Assembly (NCBI GenBank): GCA_036574205.1 | Contig: JAINCQ010000018.1 | Span: 93,298-157,297, forward strand | Length of the DNA stretch: 64,000 bases | Reading direction: 5' to 3' | Source: Elusimicrobiota bacterium | GTDB taxonomy: Bacteria > Elusimicrobiota > Elusimicrobia > Elusimicrobiales > UBA9959 | In this document: one piece after another, positions 28,533 to 39,364 of the stretch | Layout: each line of letters starts with the position of its first letter | How positions within the stretch are numbered: the first letter of the stretch is position 1 | The notes under the pieces: generated by a model | Seen by the model: only the letters and a program-made list of their open reading frames with translations | What the model was told of the DNA's origin: nothing | The model's database searches: none | Program-made: the position numbers and the translations under genes

Positions 28533-29175
28533 TTTTAATTATATTATTTAATTTTTTTATTTTAGCCTTTATGTCTTTAGCCTGAGTTATTTCCGTTACA
28601 AGGCAAAAACACCTGGCCCCTTCTTTTACTACTTTTTCAAGGTTGTGTTCTTTTATCCCACCTATGGCAACAAATGGAATTTTTTTATTTTTTACTACCC
28701 ATTCAAGATAGCCAATCCCTACTGGATCCATAACATTGTCTTTTGTATGAGTTTCAAAAAGTGGGCCAACACCTGCGTAATCTGCGCCATCTTTGAAGGC
28801 TTTTTCATATTGTTCTGGATAATGAGTTGAAACACCTATTATAAAATCTTTTCCAACAAGTTTTCTGACTTCTTTTACTGGATAATCATCCTGTCCTAAA
28901 TGAATTCCATCTGCTTCTACAATTAATGCCAGGTCCGGATGGTCATTTACAATAAGTAAGGCTTGATATTTTTTAGTGAGTTTTCTTATTTCTTTACATT
29001 CTTCATATTTTTTTAGAAAATCCATATATTTTTCTCTATATTGAATTATCTTAATTCCAGAATCAAGCATATTTTTAACAACTTCTATATTGCTCCTACC
29101 ATTAGAATGTTTCATGTCTGTAATACAGTATATTTGATAATTTTCAAATAGTTTCATTTTTTGATTTTTAGTCAT
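28516..29175 (-). CDS. thiE: thiamine-phosphate synthase
   Basis: LIVNDHPDLALIVEADGIHLGQDD, GVSTH, VAIGGI motifs. Sits in the thi cluster. Confidence 0.9.
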   Translation of the reverse strand: MTKNQKMKLFENYQIYCITDMKHSNGRSNIEVVKNMLDSGIKIIQYREKYMDFLKKYEECKEIRKLTKKYQALLIVNDHPDLALIVEADGIHLGQDDYPVKEVRKLVGKDFIIGVSTHYPEQYEKAFKDGADYAGVGPLFETHTKDNVMDPVGIGYLEWVVKNKKIPFVAIGGIKEHNLEKVVKEGARCFCLVTEITQAKDIKAKIKKLNNIIKNAKPV

Positions 29176-29867
29176 CTGTCCTCCGGTATTTGATTTTGTA
29201 GAACCCTTCTTAAAACCTCATCTGCCTGCATGCTTGCAACTGCGATAACTTTCGGTGCAAGAGGTATATGACATTCCCCTTCTTTTATAAGCTTGTCTCT
29301 TGAATTACATCCTTTTTCTTGATAACATTCATCACAGCATCCACACCTTGAAATAAGATCCCCTATTATGGTATATTCCTTTTTCCTGATTATTTTTACA
29401 TTTTCTATATCACCATAACCTGCCACTCCACTTGCCATAATCACCACTTTTTTAAGTTTTAATGAGGTTTCGAAAACCATCTTTTTAGCCCATTCTTTAT
29501 CAACAGCCTCAACTACTATATCAGGATTATAATCCTTAATTATTTTTGAAAGTAATTTTTGATTTAACATCTTGTTTATAGCAATTATATTCGCTTCAGG
29601 ATTTATTTTTAATAACCTTTTCTTGGTGATCTCAACCTTATTTTTTCCAACATCTTCTGGGAAGTAAAATTGTCTATTTAAATTCTTAAGTTCTACCATG
29701 TCATAATCAACAATAACGAAATTTTTAAAACCAGTTCTTACTAAAATATTCAAAATATTTGATCCAAGTCCTCCACATCCTATAACCATAATTTTAGCTT
29801 TTGATATTTTTTTTAGTTCTCTTGAACTAAAATAAATTCTAAAAATTTCATTTATGTCTTTTTTCAT
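29172..29867 (-). CDS. thiF: ThiF-type adenylyltransferase (sulfur-carrier activating E1-like)
   Basis: Nucleotide-binding VIGCGGLGSN and LNRQ. Cys-rich segment CGCCDECYQEKGC. Position between thiH and thiE. Confidence 0.8.
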   Translation of the reverse strand: MKKDINEIFRIYFSSRELKKISKAKIMVIGCGGLGSNILNILVRTGFKNFVIVDYDMVELKNLNRQFYFPEDVGKNKVEITKKRLLKINPEANIIAINKMLNQKLLSKIIKDYNPDIVVEAVDKEWAKKMVFETSLKLKKVVIMASGVAGYGDIENVKIIRKKEYTIIGDLISRCGCCDECYQEKGCNSRDKLIKEGECHIPLAPKVIAVASMQADEVLRRVLQNQIPEDR

Positions 29868-29922
29868 ATATTACCTTATCTGAGTTTTATTTTTTTAAAG
29901 AACAAAATATCTATATTTTCAA

Positions 29923-30990
29923 CTAATTTATTCTGGTCCAGTTAATAAACTCCGCTCTATATCCTTTGCTTTTTAACATATCAATAATTTCTTTTACAGT
30001 TCTTTTATCAGATATCTGAAACTGACCTTCATTTTCCTTGTTATTAAAATTGCCACCAACGTATGTTTTTGATTCCGCACTTATTCTTGTCACCCCTATT
30101 TCAATAATATTATCTCTTATATATTTATTTTCTCTGGTTGAAATATTTATTCCTATTCTTGGTAGAAATATTCTTGAAAGGACTATTAGTTTAATGAAAT
30201 TTTTATCAGTTAATGGATAAATCTTACATTTACAAAAACTTTCTTTTATTCTTGGGAGTGAAATGTTTATTTCACAATCTGGATATTGAGATTGTAAGTA
30301 ATCAGCATATCCTAAAGTTATAAAGGCATCAAATATCCAGTCTTTATTGAGTCCAAATAATGCTCCTATATTAACCTCTTTTACATTCGCTCTAATTGCC
30401 CTTTCGATAGCGCCAAGTCTAAAATAAAAGTCTTTTTTAGGTCCAAATTTATGTAATTTCGAATAGAGTCTTTTATCAAAAGTCTCCTGATATAACGTAA
30501 CTCCTGTAACTCCATTTTTAACAAGTTTTTTATATTCAAATTCTTCTAATGGATAAATCTCTATCAGGATCTCAGAAAAATACTTCTTTCCAAGTTTTAC
30601 AGCTTCTATAATATAGCTTAATGGTGAATTATGTTTATCATCTCCTGTTAGTATTAAAATAGTATCAAAATTCTTTTCTTTTAAAGAGATAAACTCTTGT
30701 TCAATCTCACTCAAACTTAGCTTTTTCCTTTTTATTTTATTTAAAGCGGAAAATCCACAATAAAGACAACCGTTTACACAGTAATCTGAGATATAAACAG
30801 GAGTATATAGCAGAACTGCTTTTCCAAAATAACTTTCTGTTATCTTTTTAGCTTTTAATGCATATTTTTTTAAATCTAATTTTTCATCTTCAACTAATCT
30901 TAAAAAATCTAAAAGCCATAGATCTTTTTTAGTTTTAACTTTTCTTGTTTTGTAAATTTCCTCAAGCTCTTTTAATCTTTCATCAAACAT
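29923..30990 (-). CDS. thiH: 2-iminoacetate synthase (tyrosine lyase) ThiH, radical SAM
   Basis: CVNGCLYCGF cluster, size and position next to thiG. Confidence 0.8.
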   Translation of the reverse strand: MFDERLKELEEIYKTRKVKTKKDLWLLDFLRLVEDEKLDLKKYALKAKKITESYFGKAVLLYTPVYISDYCVNGCLYCGFSALNKIKRKKLSLSEIEQEFISLKEKNFDTILILTGDDKHNSPLSYIIEAVKLGKKYFSEILIEIYPLEEFEYKKLVKNGVTGVTLYQETFDKRLYSKLHKFGPKKDFYFRLGAIERAIRANVKEVNIGALFGLNKDWIFDAFITLGYADYLQSQYPDCEINISLPRIKESFCKCKIYPLTDKNFIKLIVLSRIFLPRIGINISTRENKYIRDNIIEIGVTRISAESKTYVGGNFNNKENEGQFQISDKRTVKEIIDMLKSKGYRAEFINWTRIN

Positions 30991-30992
30991 AA

Positions 30993-31775
30993 TCAGCTTA
31001 AACTTTCAATAAAATTATCAAGAGGTGAAGAAGCTTTTGCATAATCTTCTTCTTTTAAAATTCCCATTTCATAGGCCAATCTTCCTGCTTCGACTGCTTT
31101 TTCAATTGCTATGGCCATTTTAACAGGGTCTTTTGCTATTGCTATAGCTGTATTTACTAAAACTGCTTCCGCTCCCATTTCCATTGCCATTGCGGCGTGA
31201 GATGGCCTTCCGATCCCAGCATCAATTATGACTGGAATTTTTAATTCTTTTATCATTGGGGTTATTAATTCTTTTGCTACTATTCCCTTGTTTGTTCCTA
31301 TGAAAGACCCCAGAGGCATAACAGAAACTGCCCCCGCATTTTCAAGTTTTTTAGCAACTACAATATCCGGGCTTATATACGGAAATACCTTAAATCCTTT
31401 TTTAGCGAGATATTTAGTTGCTTTTAGAGTTTCATTATTATCCGGCGCAAGATATTTTGAATCAACCTCTATCTCCACCTTTATCCAATCTGTTCTGGTT
31501 ATTTCAGCACCAATCTCAGCTATTTTTATAGCCTCTCTGGCATTTCTGGCTCCAGAAGTGTTTACCATTATTACTGTATCTTTTGGAATGTAATCCAGAA
31601 TGTTTTCATGTTTTAATTCTGGATTTATTCTTCTAACAGCCACAGTGATAACATTTATTTTAGTTTTCTTTAAAATCTTTGGTATTAGAGAGTAAGAGGA
31701 AAGTTTTCCAGTTCCTATGAAAAGTCTGGAAGTAAGATTTTTGCCAGCTATTTTCACATTATCCTCCACCAACAA
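30993..31775 (-). CDS. thiG: thiazole synthase
   Basis: LFIGTGK, VMPLGSFIGTNKG, DAGIGRPSHAAMAMEMGAEAVLVNTAIA. Confidence 0.95.
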   Translation of the reverse strand: MLVEDNVKIAGKNLTSRLFIGTGKLSSYSLIPKILKKTKINVITVAVRRINPELKHENILDYIPKDTVIMVNTSGARNAREAIKIAEIGAEITRTDWIKVEIEVDSKYLAPDNNETLKATKYLAKKGFKVFPYISPDIVVAKKLENAGAVSVMPLGSFIGTNKGIVAKELITPMIKELKIPVIIDAGIGRPSHAAMAMEMGAEAVLVNTAIAIAKDPVKMAIAIEKAVEAGRLAYEMGILKEEDYAKASSPLDNFIESLS

Positions 31776-31941
31776 AGCTAACTATCTCAACCTTATCACC
31801 ATCTTTTAATTTAAAGTTTTTCCAATCTTTTTGGGTTACTATATTGCCATTTACCAGAACACATATCCCTTTCTGTTTTTTAGATAAAATTTTTATTAGA
31901 CTTTTTGGATTTTCAATCTTTTTTCCATTAATGGTTATCAT
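31759..31941 (-). CDS. thiS: sulfur carrier protein ThiS
   Basis: 60 aa, beta-grasp size, C-terminal ...VSFVGGG, overlaps thiG. Confidence 0.85.
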   Translation of the reverse strand: MITINGKKIENPKSLIKILSKKQKGICVLVNGNIVTQKDWKNFKLKDGDKVEIVSFVGGG

Positions 31942-32043
31942 AATAATATTATACTAATATAACCTGCCTTAAGATTAGCGTTAGCAAATGTATTTGTTGT
32001 CTGATATTAATTTTGTTATAACAAACTTTTATATAATTTTATT

Positions 32044-33312
32044 ATGAAAGTTCAAATATATGATGTAGCAATAATTGGTGGTGGCGCAAGCGGAGTGGTT
32101 TCCGCTTGTATTGTCTCAAATAAACTAAAAACTATTATTTTAGAAAAAAACTTAAAGCTTGGCAGAAAAATTCTATCAAGTGGGGCTGGAAAATGCAACC
32201 TTTCAAACAGTAATATATCCATTGATTTTTATAAAACCTCAGAACCAGAAATATTAAAAAAGATATTTCAAAAAATACCTTATCAAACTATAATTGATTT
32301 TCTCAATTCAGAAATTGGAATAATGACTAAAATATTAGATAATGGAAAGATATACCCTTTTTCAGAAAGAGCGGAAAGCGTTATTTTTGCTTTTGAATCT
32401 TATTTAAAGCAAAAAAATGTTGATATTAAAACATTGACTTATGTTGAAGATGTAGAATATCAAGATGAAGTTTTTAAAATAACTGCAAAAACATTGCCAT
32501 TACAATGGGAAAAGAAAAATTTATCATCTCAAAAACTTACTTTCTTTGCTAAAAATCTTATTCTTTCTACAGGGGGACCATCTTATCCAAGAATTGGAGG
32601 AACTGATTTTGGATTTAAAATAGCCAAAAAGTTTGGACATAGTATTAAAGAACCATTACCAATATTAGTGCCTCTTTCAGTTGGCTCGCCAAGACTTTTA
32701 GAATTAAGTGGTGTTAGAATTACAGCAGGTTGCATTTTTAATTTTAAAGCAAAAAAAATTTTTTTAAAGGATGAGCTTCTTTTTACAGACTATGGTATAT
32801 CAGGTCCTATTGCTATTGATATCTCTTTTTACATGGATGATTATATAGATCAGATTTCATTTGATCTTGCTCCATCCATTGATAAAGAAGAGATTTTTAA
32901 TTTTATGAGGAATAGAATTGAAAAGAATAGTTTTTCAATAGCAGAGTTATTTTTTCCTGTTTTTGAGCCAAAACTTATAAATTTTATATGTCAAAAACTA
33001 AAACTGGACAAAAACCTGAAGGCCAATGAAAAAATAATTAAAAAGATTATAGATGAAATAAAAAACTTTAAAGTTTATGGAATAAAAAAACTTTCATTTG
33101 AATCGGCGATGTCTAAAATTGGCGGGGTGCCATTAAGCGAGGTGGATTTGAATTTTGAATCAAAAAAGCAAAAAAAACTATTTTTAACAGGTGAGATTCT
33201 TGACTGTGGTGGGAAATCTGGTGGATATAACTTCCATTTTGCTTTTACCACCGCTTATTCTGCTGCAATGAAGATATTAGAAAACAGCCATCCATTGGGT
33301 ATCAAAGATTAA
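32044..33312 (+). CDS. NAD(P)/FAD-dependent oxidoreductase, HI0933/BaiN-like flavoprotein
   Basis: YDVAIIGGGASG dinucleotide fold, GKCNLSN, C-terminal GEILDCGGKSGGYNFHFAFTTAY. Confidence 0.8.
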   Translation: MKVQIYDVAIIGGGASGVVSACIVSNKLKTIILEKNLKLGRKILSSGAGKCNLSNSNISIDFYKTSEPEILKKIFQKIPYQTIIDFLNSEIGIMTKILDNGKIYPFSERAESVIFAFESYLKQKNVDIKTLTYVEDVEYQDEVFKITAKTLPLQWEKKNLSSQKLTFFAKNLILSTGGPSYPRIGGTDFGFKIAKKFGHSIKEPLPILVPLSVGSPRLLELSGVRITAGCIFNFKAKKIFLKDELLFTDYGISGPIAIDISFYMDDYIDQISFDLAPSIDKEEIFNFMRNRIEKNSFSIAELFFPVFEPKLINFICQKLKLDKNLKANEKIIKKIIDEIKNFKVYGIKKLSFESAMSKIGGVPLSEVDLNFESKKQKKLFLTGEILDCGGKSGGYNFHFAFTTAYSAAMKILENSHPLGIKD

Positions 33313-33315
33313 AAC

Positions 33316-34434
33316 TTATTTTTGATTTATTTTCTGAACTTCTGTTTTTATTGAAGATATTATTGCTTCGGCTGATTTAACAGGATTTGGAAGATTAATA
33401 TGAGAATATCCTTTTTTCATTACGGAAAGTCTGTTTCCTGAAATTATAAAGTCTATATTTTTCATTAAATTTTCTGGGAGTTTGTTATCATCTTTTAATA
33501 TAAGAGCGGCATCTTTTTCAAATAGAATTCTTGCATTTTCCATTTGATGATTTTTAGCAGCGGATAAAAGCGGAATTAATATAGCAGGTTTTTGTTTGTA
33601 TATAAGCTCAGATATTGTCGATGCGCCTGATCTTGATATTATAAGATCGCTTATTTCATATATTTCATTCATATTTTCATAGTAGTCAAGAAGTATTATA
33701 TTTTCGTCTAAAATCCCTGCTTTTTCATATCTTTTTTTTACATCCTCATAATTATTCTTTCCGGTTATATGGATCAGGGCTATGTTTTTTTTAGATTCAG
33801 TTTTATTTCTAAGAGCAAAGTAATATATGGCATTATTTATATTATATGATCCCTGACTCCCTCCAAAGCATGTTATTACAATTTGATCTTTTATTTTAAA
33901 TTTTTCTTTTATACTATTAACATCTATTTGCTGATTGAAAAAATCTCTTAAAGGCGTTCCAATCAATTCTGTTTTTTTAGCAAATATGTTGTTTCTTATT
34001 GGAAGTCCTAAAAATATTTTTTTCGAGAAAAATCCGCATAAAAAATTACCTATTCCAAAAACTGAGTTTGATTCGTGAATAAAAATCGGAATTTTTTTAA
34101 GCCAGGCTAAAAAAATTATAGGAAACGCCACATAACTTCCTGTGCCAAATACTATATCAGGTTCAAAATCTTCAATTATTCTTTTTGAAAGAAGTAAAGA
34201 CTTTATTAGTTTTAACATAAATCTTATATAAGAAAAAGGGTTCAAAGATCTTGGAAATGCTGTTATGTCCATTTCAACAAATGGAATATCATCTATTTTA
34301 AGCCTTGGGATAGAGATATCATTTTTTTTAACTATAAAAACGACTTCATCTCCCTGTGAGTCTAATTTTTTAGCTATAACATATCCCGGATAAAAATGGC
34401 CTCCTGTGCCTCCACCTGCAATTACTATTTTCAT
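33316..34434 (-). CDS. murG: undecaprenyldiphospho-muramoylpentapeptide beta-N-acetylglucosaminyltransferase
   Basis: IAGGGTGGHFYPG, GGSQGS, SRSGASTISE. End of the dcw cluster. Confidence 0.95.
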   Translation of the reverse strand: MKIVIAGGGTGGHFYPGYVIAKKLDSQGDEVVFIVKKNDISIPRLKIDDIPFVEMDITAFPRSLNPFSYIRFMLKLIKSLLLSKRIIEDFEPDIVFGTGSYVAFPIIFLAWLKKIPIFIHESNSVFGIGNFLCGFFSKKIFLGLPIRNNIFAKKTELIGTPLRDFFNQQIDVNSIKEKFKIKDQIVITCFGGSQGSYNINNAIYYFALRNKTESKKNIALIHITGKNNYEDVKKRYEKAGILDENIILLDYYENMNEIYEISDLIISRSGASTISELIYKQKPAILIPLLSAAKNHQMENARILFEKDAALILKDDNKLPENLMKNIDFIISGNRLSVMKKGYSHINLPNPVKSAEAIISSIKTEVQKINQK

Positions 34435-35576
34435 ATTCGTTTCCTTCTTAATGAAGCGTTAAGTATAAATCCCATTAAAATCATGGTTACGATTATTGAG
34501 GAACCACCATATGAAAAAAATGGCAATGGTAATCCTTTTGTTGGTATCATCCCAACAGTCATTGCCATATTAAAAAATGCTTGAATTATTATTATAATTA
34601 TAGAAGATATAGTAAGTATAGAAAGAAATGAACTTTTTGAGTTTTTAGCAATATTAACAGCTCTTAAAAAAATATAAACGAATACAAATATTATTAAAGT
34701 CGTTCCAATAAAACCTATTTCCTCGGCTATTATAGGGAAGATAAAATCAGTATGTGATTCTGGAAGATAGTTAAGTTTCATTATAGAATTACCCGGTCCT
34801 TTCCCAAACCACCAGCCACTTCCAATAGCAACAAGTGATTGAGCAAGTTGAAATCCTGTTTCCTTTAGTTCACTAAAAGAAGATAAAAAAGCCGTTACTC
34901 TTTTTGCTCTATATGAATGTCTGTTTATTTCTAATACTATTAATATACTACCTATGATAAGTGGAGTGATTATATGGATAGTTTTTGCTCCGTATATAAA
35001 AAAGATAATTAACATAGATATAAAAATTAAAGCGGGAGTTCCAAGATCAGGTTCAAGAGCTATTAACACAAGTATTATTGAAATCACTAAAAAAGGTTTT
35101 AAAAGATATTTGAATCTTCTTATTTTTGAATAATTCCTGTCTATATAGTCACTTATGTATAAGACAAACATAACTTTTGCAAACTCAGAAGGCTGGAAAT
35201 TAAAAAAAACAAGATTAATCCACCTTCTTGTATTTTGTATCTTTGGCATAAAGAGTACTATAATCAAAGATGCTATGGTAAGAATGGCTATTACTGGAAT
35301 ATGTTTTCTTATTTTTTCAAGATCTATAAATACTACAAATAACATTATTGTAATAGCAATCAAACTCCATAAAAGTTGTTTTTTAAAAAACATAGCAGTT
35401 GTTGGAGGTAGATTATTTTTTAATGACTTTGCATATGATATGGCAGAACTTGCTGAATAAAGAAATGATAATCCCACTATGGTAAGAATTATTATTGCAG
35501 TTAAAAGTTTATAATCTATAAATCTTACATCTATCCTCTTAGGAAACAGGGATCCCCAAAAACTTTGTCGTTTCAT
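34431..35576 (-). CDS. ftsW: SEDS protein FtsW (peptidoglycan glycosyltransferase / cell division)
   Basis: 10-TM SEDS pattern, QPSEFAK, PESHTDFIF, LPLPFFSYGGSS. Confidence 0.9.
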   Translation of the reverse strand: MKRQSFWGSLFPKRIDVRFIDYKLLTAIIILTIVGLSFLYSASSAISYAKSLKNNLPPTTAMFFKKQLLWSLIAITIMLFVVFIDLEKIRKHIPVIAILTIASLIIVLFMPKIQNTRRWINLVFFNFQPSEFAKVMFVLYISDYIDRNYSKIRRFKYLLKPFLVISIILVLIALEPDLGTPALIFISMLIIFFIYGAKTIHIITPLIIGSILIVLEINRHSYRAKRVTAFLSSFSELKETGFQLAQSLVAIGSGWWFGKGPGNSIMKLNYLPESHTDFIFPIIAEEIGFIGTTLIIFVFVYIFLRAVNIAKNSKSSFLSILTISSIIIIIIQAFFNMAMTVGMIPTKGLPLPFFSYGGSSIIVTMILMGFILNASLRRKRI

Positions 35577-36901
35577 TTGAGCCTTCTAACAAGCGCTTTA
35601 AATTTTTTTCCTCTATCCTCAAAATTTTTAAATTGATCAAATGAGGCGCATGCAGGAGAAAGCAATACAATATCTCCCTTTTGCGCTGATCTTGTAGCCT
35701 TAACAGCATTTTTAATATTACAGGTATTTATTATTTCACAATATTTTCCAAGCTCTTTTTCTATAATTGGAGCAGCTTCACCTATTGTTAAAATTTTTTT
35801 TACATACTTTTTGATATATGGAATCAATGGAGAGTATGGGGAATTTTTATGAACCCCGCCCATAATAAGCCATATATTTTTCGCTTTACCAATTGCTTTT
35901 AAAGCTATAAGGGTGGAATCAACATTGGTTCCTTTTGAGTCATTTATATATTTTACCCCACGAAATTCTCTAACAAATTCTATTCTGTGTTCAAGCCCTT
36001 TGAAGCTATCTAAAGTTTTTTGAATGCTTTTAGCTGGAATATTAAAAGTAGATGCTATCAAAATAGCTGCCATTTGATTTAATAAATTGTGTTCTCCCGG
36101 TATGTTTGATGGCGTAAAGCTTTTTTTATCTTTTTTTAAAAAAATCTTTTGTTTTTTAATATAAATATCGCTTAGTTGGTTTCTAATAGAAAATTTAAGT
36201 ATTTTTGGCTTTATTTTTTTGATAGTTTTTAATATTTTATCATCGCCATTTATTATCAAAAAGCTATTTTTGTCCATATTAGAAAATATTTTAAATTTTG
36301 CTTTTATATACTTTTTAAAACTGCCGTGATGATCTATATGGTCTGGTGTTATATTGAGTATTGCTGCAACCTTTGGTTTTAAATATGTAGAATCTTCAAT
36401 CTGATAACTTGATATTTCTATAATTAGCCAATCATCTTTTTTTGCTTTTAAAATCTCTTTTGATACCGGATCTCCTATATTACCGCATAAAATAGCTTTT
36501 TTGCCAGATTTTCTTAAATAATCGTCAAAGATTTTATATGTTAGATAGGTAGTTGTGCTTTTTCCGTTTGTTCCAGTTATCATAACTATATTTTCAGTTT
36601 TTGAAAAAGCAATTGCTACTTCTACCTCGCTAAATATTTTTATTTTTCTTGCTTTTAGTGCTTTTATCAAGGGATTGTTGTTTGAAACCCCGGGGCTTTT
36701 TATAGCAAAGTCTATTTCGTCTATTTTATTAATCGCATTACTTTCTGTTACGCAGTTAAATTTAGATTTAATCTTTTGCCTATCTGATATAATTATTTCT
36801 GCTTTTAATTTTTGACTTAAAAGTTTAGCACAGGATATTCCACTTTTTCCACCTCCAATAATCAAGCATTTTTTATTTTTATATAAAGATGGATTGAACA
36901 T
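35573..36901 (-). CDS. murD: UDP-N-acetylmuramoylalanine--D-glutamate ligase
   Basis: GGGKSG, ITGTNGKSTT, NITPDHIDHHG, position in dcw. Confidence 0.95.
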   Translation of the reverse strand: MFNPSLYKNKKCLIIGGGKSGISCAKLLSQKLKAEIIISDRQKIKSKFNCVTESNAINKIDEIDFAIKSPGVSNNNPLIKALKARKIKIFSEVEVAIAFSKTENIVMITGTNGKSTTTYLTYKIFDDYLRKSGKKAILCGNIGDPVSKEILKAKKDDWLIIEISSYQIEDSTYLKPKVAAILNITPDHIDHHGSFKKYIKAKFKIFSNMDKNSFLIINGDDKILKTIKKIKPKILKFSIRNQLSDIYIKKQKIFLKKDKKSFTPSNIPGEHNLLNQMAAILIASTFNIPAKSIQKTLDSFKGLEHRIEFVREFRGVKYINDSKGTNVDSTLIALKAIGKAKNIWLIMGGVHKNSPYSPLIPYIKKYVKKILTIGEAAPIIEKELGKYCEIINTCNIKNAVKATRSAQKGDIVLLSPACASFDQFKNFEDRGKKFKALVRRLK

Positions 36902-36902
36902 A

Positions 36903-37988
36903 TTATCTTATTTTAAGTGATGATAGTGCAATAAGCATGAGCGCTATAGCGCATATCCAGAATCTTACTGTAACCTTTGGCTCAGCTATACCTGAAAGTT
37001 CAAAATGATGATGAATTGGAGCCATTTTAAAAACCCTTTTTTTATTTCTAAATTTGTATGATGCCATCTGGATTATTACAGATAATGTTTCTATTACAAA
37101 CATTCCGCCTGCCACTGGCAGTATCAGCTCATGTTTTATCATTATTGCAGAAATTCCAATAGTTCCGCCTAAAAATAAAGAGCTTGTATCCCCCATAAAT
37201 ATCTGAGCAGGATAAGCGTTAAACCACAAAAAGCCTAAACATGCTCCAACCATTGATCCAAGAAATATAGAAATTTCACCAGCCCCTTCAACATATATCA
37301 ACTTAAGATATGTTGCCCATTTTATATTTCCAGCGCAATAAGCCATTATTATGAATGTAAGCGCCGAAAATATTACAAGTCCGCTTGCAAGTCCATCCTG
37401 CCCATCGCTTAAGTTTACCGCATTTGATGACCCTATAATTACAAACATTTCAAATACAAAATAAAATACTCCTAAGTTTATAATTATATTTTTAGTGTAA
37501 GGAATTAATAGATGTGTTGGATATAGATTTGATGGTGGATTTAGCGCAAGATATCCAACAACCATTATACCAACAATTATCTGAAGCAGAAATTTAACCC
37601 AGCTTGGAGCGCCTTTAGGATCCTTTTTTATAAGTTTTATATAATCATCAAGCCATCCCGCAAAGGCAAGTATTAGTGTTGATATAAGAAGTATTATTAT
37701 AAACCTGTTATCTAACCTGGACCATAAGGCAGTTGAAATAATCATTGATATAAATATTATTATTCCTCCCATTGTTGGTGTGCCGGATTTATATAAATGT
37801 GTTTGTGGCCCATCCTGCCTTTGGATTTGCTGGATTTTATACTCCCGGAGTTTTTTTATAATGTAAGGAGATATGATAAGCGCTGTAAGAAATGATGTAA
37901 TTATAGCGCCGCTTAATCTTACCGAGATATAATAAAATAGATTAAATGGCGAAAAAAGATCTTTATAAAAATGTAGATAATATAACAT
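36903..37988 (-). CDS. mraY: phospho-N-acetylmuramoyl-pentapeptide transferase
   Basis: GTPTMGG, NAVNLSDGQDGLA, MGDTSSLFLGG, APIHHHFE. Confidence 0.95.
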   Translation of the reverse strand: MLYYLHFYKDLFSPFNLFYYISVRLSGAIITSFLTALIISPYIIKKLREYKIQQIQRQDGPQTHLYKSGTPTMGGIIIFISMIISTALWSRLDNRFIIILLISTLILAFAGWLDDYIKLIKKDPKGAPSWVKFLLQIIVGIMVVGYLALNPPSNLYPTHLLIPYTKNIIINLGVFYFVFEMFVIIGSSNAVNLSDGQDGLASGLVIFSALTFIIMAYCAGNIKWATYLKLIYVEGAGEISIFLGSMVGACLGFLWFNAYPAQIFMGDTSSLFLGGTIGISAIMIKHELILPVAGGMFVIETLSVIIQMASYKFRNKKRVFKMAPIHHHFELSGIAEPKVTVRFWICAIALMLIALSSLKIR

Positions 37989-38026
37989 AAATGGCCTCTT
38001 TCCTTACTTAGTTTTTTTTAGCCACA

Positions 38027-39364
38027 TTACAAGATAAATTTTTCAAACTCCATAGATCTTGAAGCTTTTATAAGAAAATTCAAATTAGAGTTCTTTTTTA
38101 TTGCAATTCTTACATCATTTAACGCTGAATTTGTATCATAATAATATTTTACATTTTTAATCTTCCCTTTTAAAAAATCATAACATGGCTTTATCTCAGG
38201 TCCAACTAAAAAAAGCATTTTTGGCTTTGTCTCAAGTATTTTTTTGGCAAGTTCTATGTGATATTTTTCTGAATATTTGCCAAGTTCTTTCATATCCCCC
38301 AAAATCGCTCCAAAGTCCCCTTTACTGGATATTTCGTTTAATGCAAGTTCCATTGATTGAGGATTTGCATTATAAGCATCAAGAATTATTGTAGAATTAT
38401 GTCTTTTTATAAATTGCATTCTAAGAGGAACTCCTTCAAATTTTTCAAGAGAGGATATTATGTTTCTAATTTCAACCCCCATAATTTTTCCAGCTAAAAA
38501 AGCAGCAGCAGCATTAAGATAATTATGCCTGACATGATTTTTTAACTTTATAGAATAGTTTTTCCCATTGAAACAAAAGATAGCCTTTGTATGGTCAAAT
38601 TGTATGATAAGGTCATTAGAATCGGAAAATCCAAATGAAATAACATTTTTATTTTTTTTCAATCTTTTAAGGTAATGATTGTCTCCATTAATTATTATTT
38701 TTCCATTTTTTTTGAGTTCTTCTATAACTTCAGTTTCAGTCTTAAAAATATTTCTCATCGTCTTAAAAAATTCTAAATGCTCTGGCGCTATTGTTGTTAT
38801 TACTGCCAGATCTGGCTTTATTATTCTTGCAAGCCTTCTGACCTCGCCAATTGTAGAAGCCCCAATTTCAAAAACTCCAAACTTATGTTTTTTTTCTGCT
38901 TCTAAAACTGAAAGCGGAAGCCCATATTCATTATTAAAATTCCCCCGGTTATAAATTGTTGGCTTATATGTGCTTAATACTGTTCTTATCATCTCTTTGG
39001 TGGTTGTTTTACCATTAGATCCTGTTATTGAGATATTCTTTGTGTTACATCTTTTAATATGATATGCAGCAAGTTTGTGAAGTGCAAAAAGTGTATCTTT
39101 TACTAAAATACAAAAATCCAGTTTTTTAATGTTATCGCTGGTGATTTTTCTGGATGTTATTATTCCTGAAGATCCTTTTTCAATTGCTTCTTCTACAAAA
39201 TCATTTCCATCAAATCTTTTGCCTTTAAGTGCCCAGAAAATATCACCTTTTTTAATATTCCTTGAATCTGTATAAAAAGATGATATTATTTTATCTTTTT
39301 TAAGCCATAAAATTTTTCCATTTATTACCTTTGCAATTTCAGATACTTTCATTTGAAGGTTCAT
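38027..39364 (-). CDS. murF: UDP-N-acetylmuramoyl-tripeptide--D-alanyl-D-alanine ligase
   Basis: ITGSNGKTTTKEM, ILDAYNANPQSM, position in dcw. Confidence 0.9.
   Translation of the reverse strand: MNLQMKVSEIAKVINGKILWLKKDKIISSFYTDSRNIKKGDIFWALKGKRFDGNDFVEEAIEKGSSGIITSRKITSDNIKKLDFCILVKDTLFALHKLAAYHIKRCNTKNISITGSNGKTTTKEMIRTVLSTYKPTIYNRGNFNNEYGLPLSVLEAEKKHKFGVFEIGASTIGEVRRLARIIKPDLAVITTIAPEHLEFFKTMRNIFKTETEVIEELKKNGKIIINGDNHYLKRLKKNKNVISFGFSDSNDLIIQFDHTKAIFCFNGKNYSIKLKNHVRHNYLNAAAAFLAGKIMGVEIRNIISSLEKFEGVPLRMQFIKRHNSTIILDAYNANPQSMELALNEISSKGDFGAILGDMKELGKYSEKYHIELAKKILETKPKMLFLVGPEIKPCYDFLKGKIKNVKYYYDTNSALNDVRIAIKKNSNLNFLIKASRSMEFEKFIL

Noticed and set aside
31942-32043. Expected TPP (THI-box) riboswitch upstream of thiSGHFE
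   Set aside because: The 100-nt minus-strand leader lacks the CUGAGA and ACCUGAUCUGGAUAAUGCCAGCG-type core and is nearly all A/T. No riboswitch can be supported.
33312-33316. Missing murC/murB/ddl/ftsQAZ after murG as a sign of rearrangement or an island
   Set aside because: Split dcw clusters are common. The junction is a simple convergent gene pair with a 3-nt gap and no repeat or mobile-element signature.
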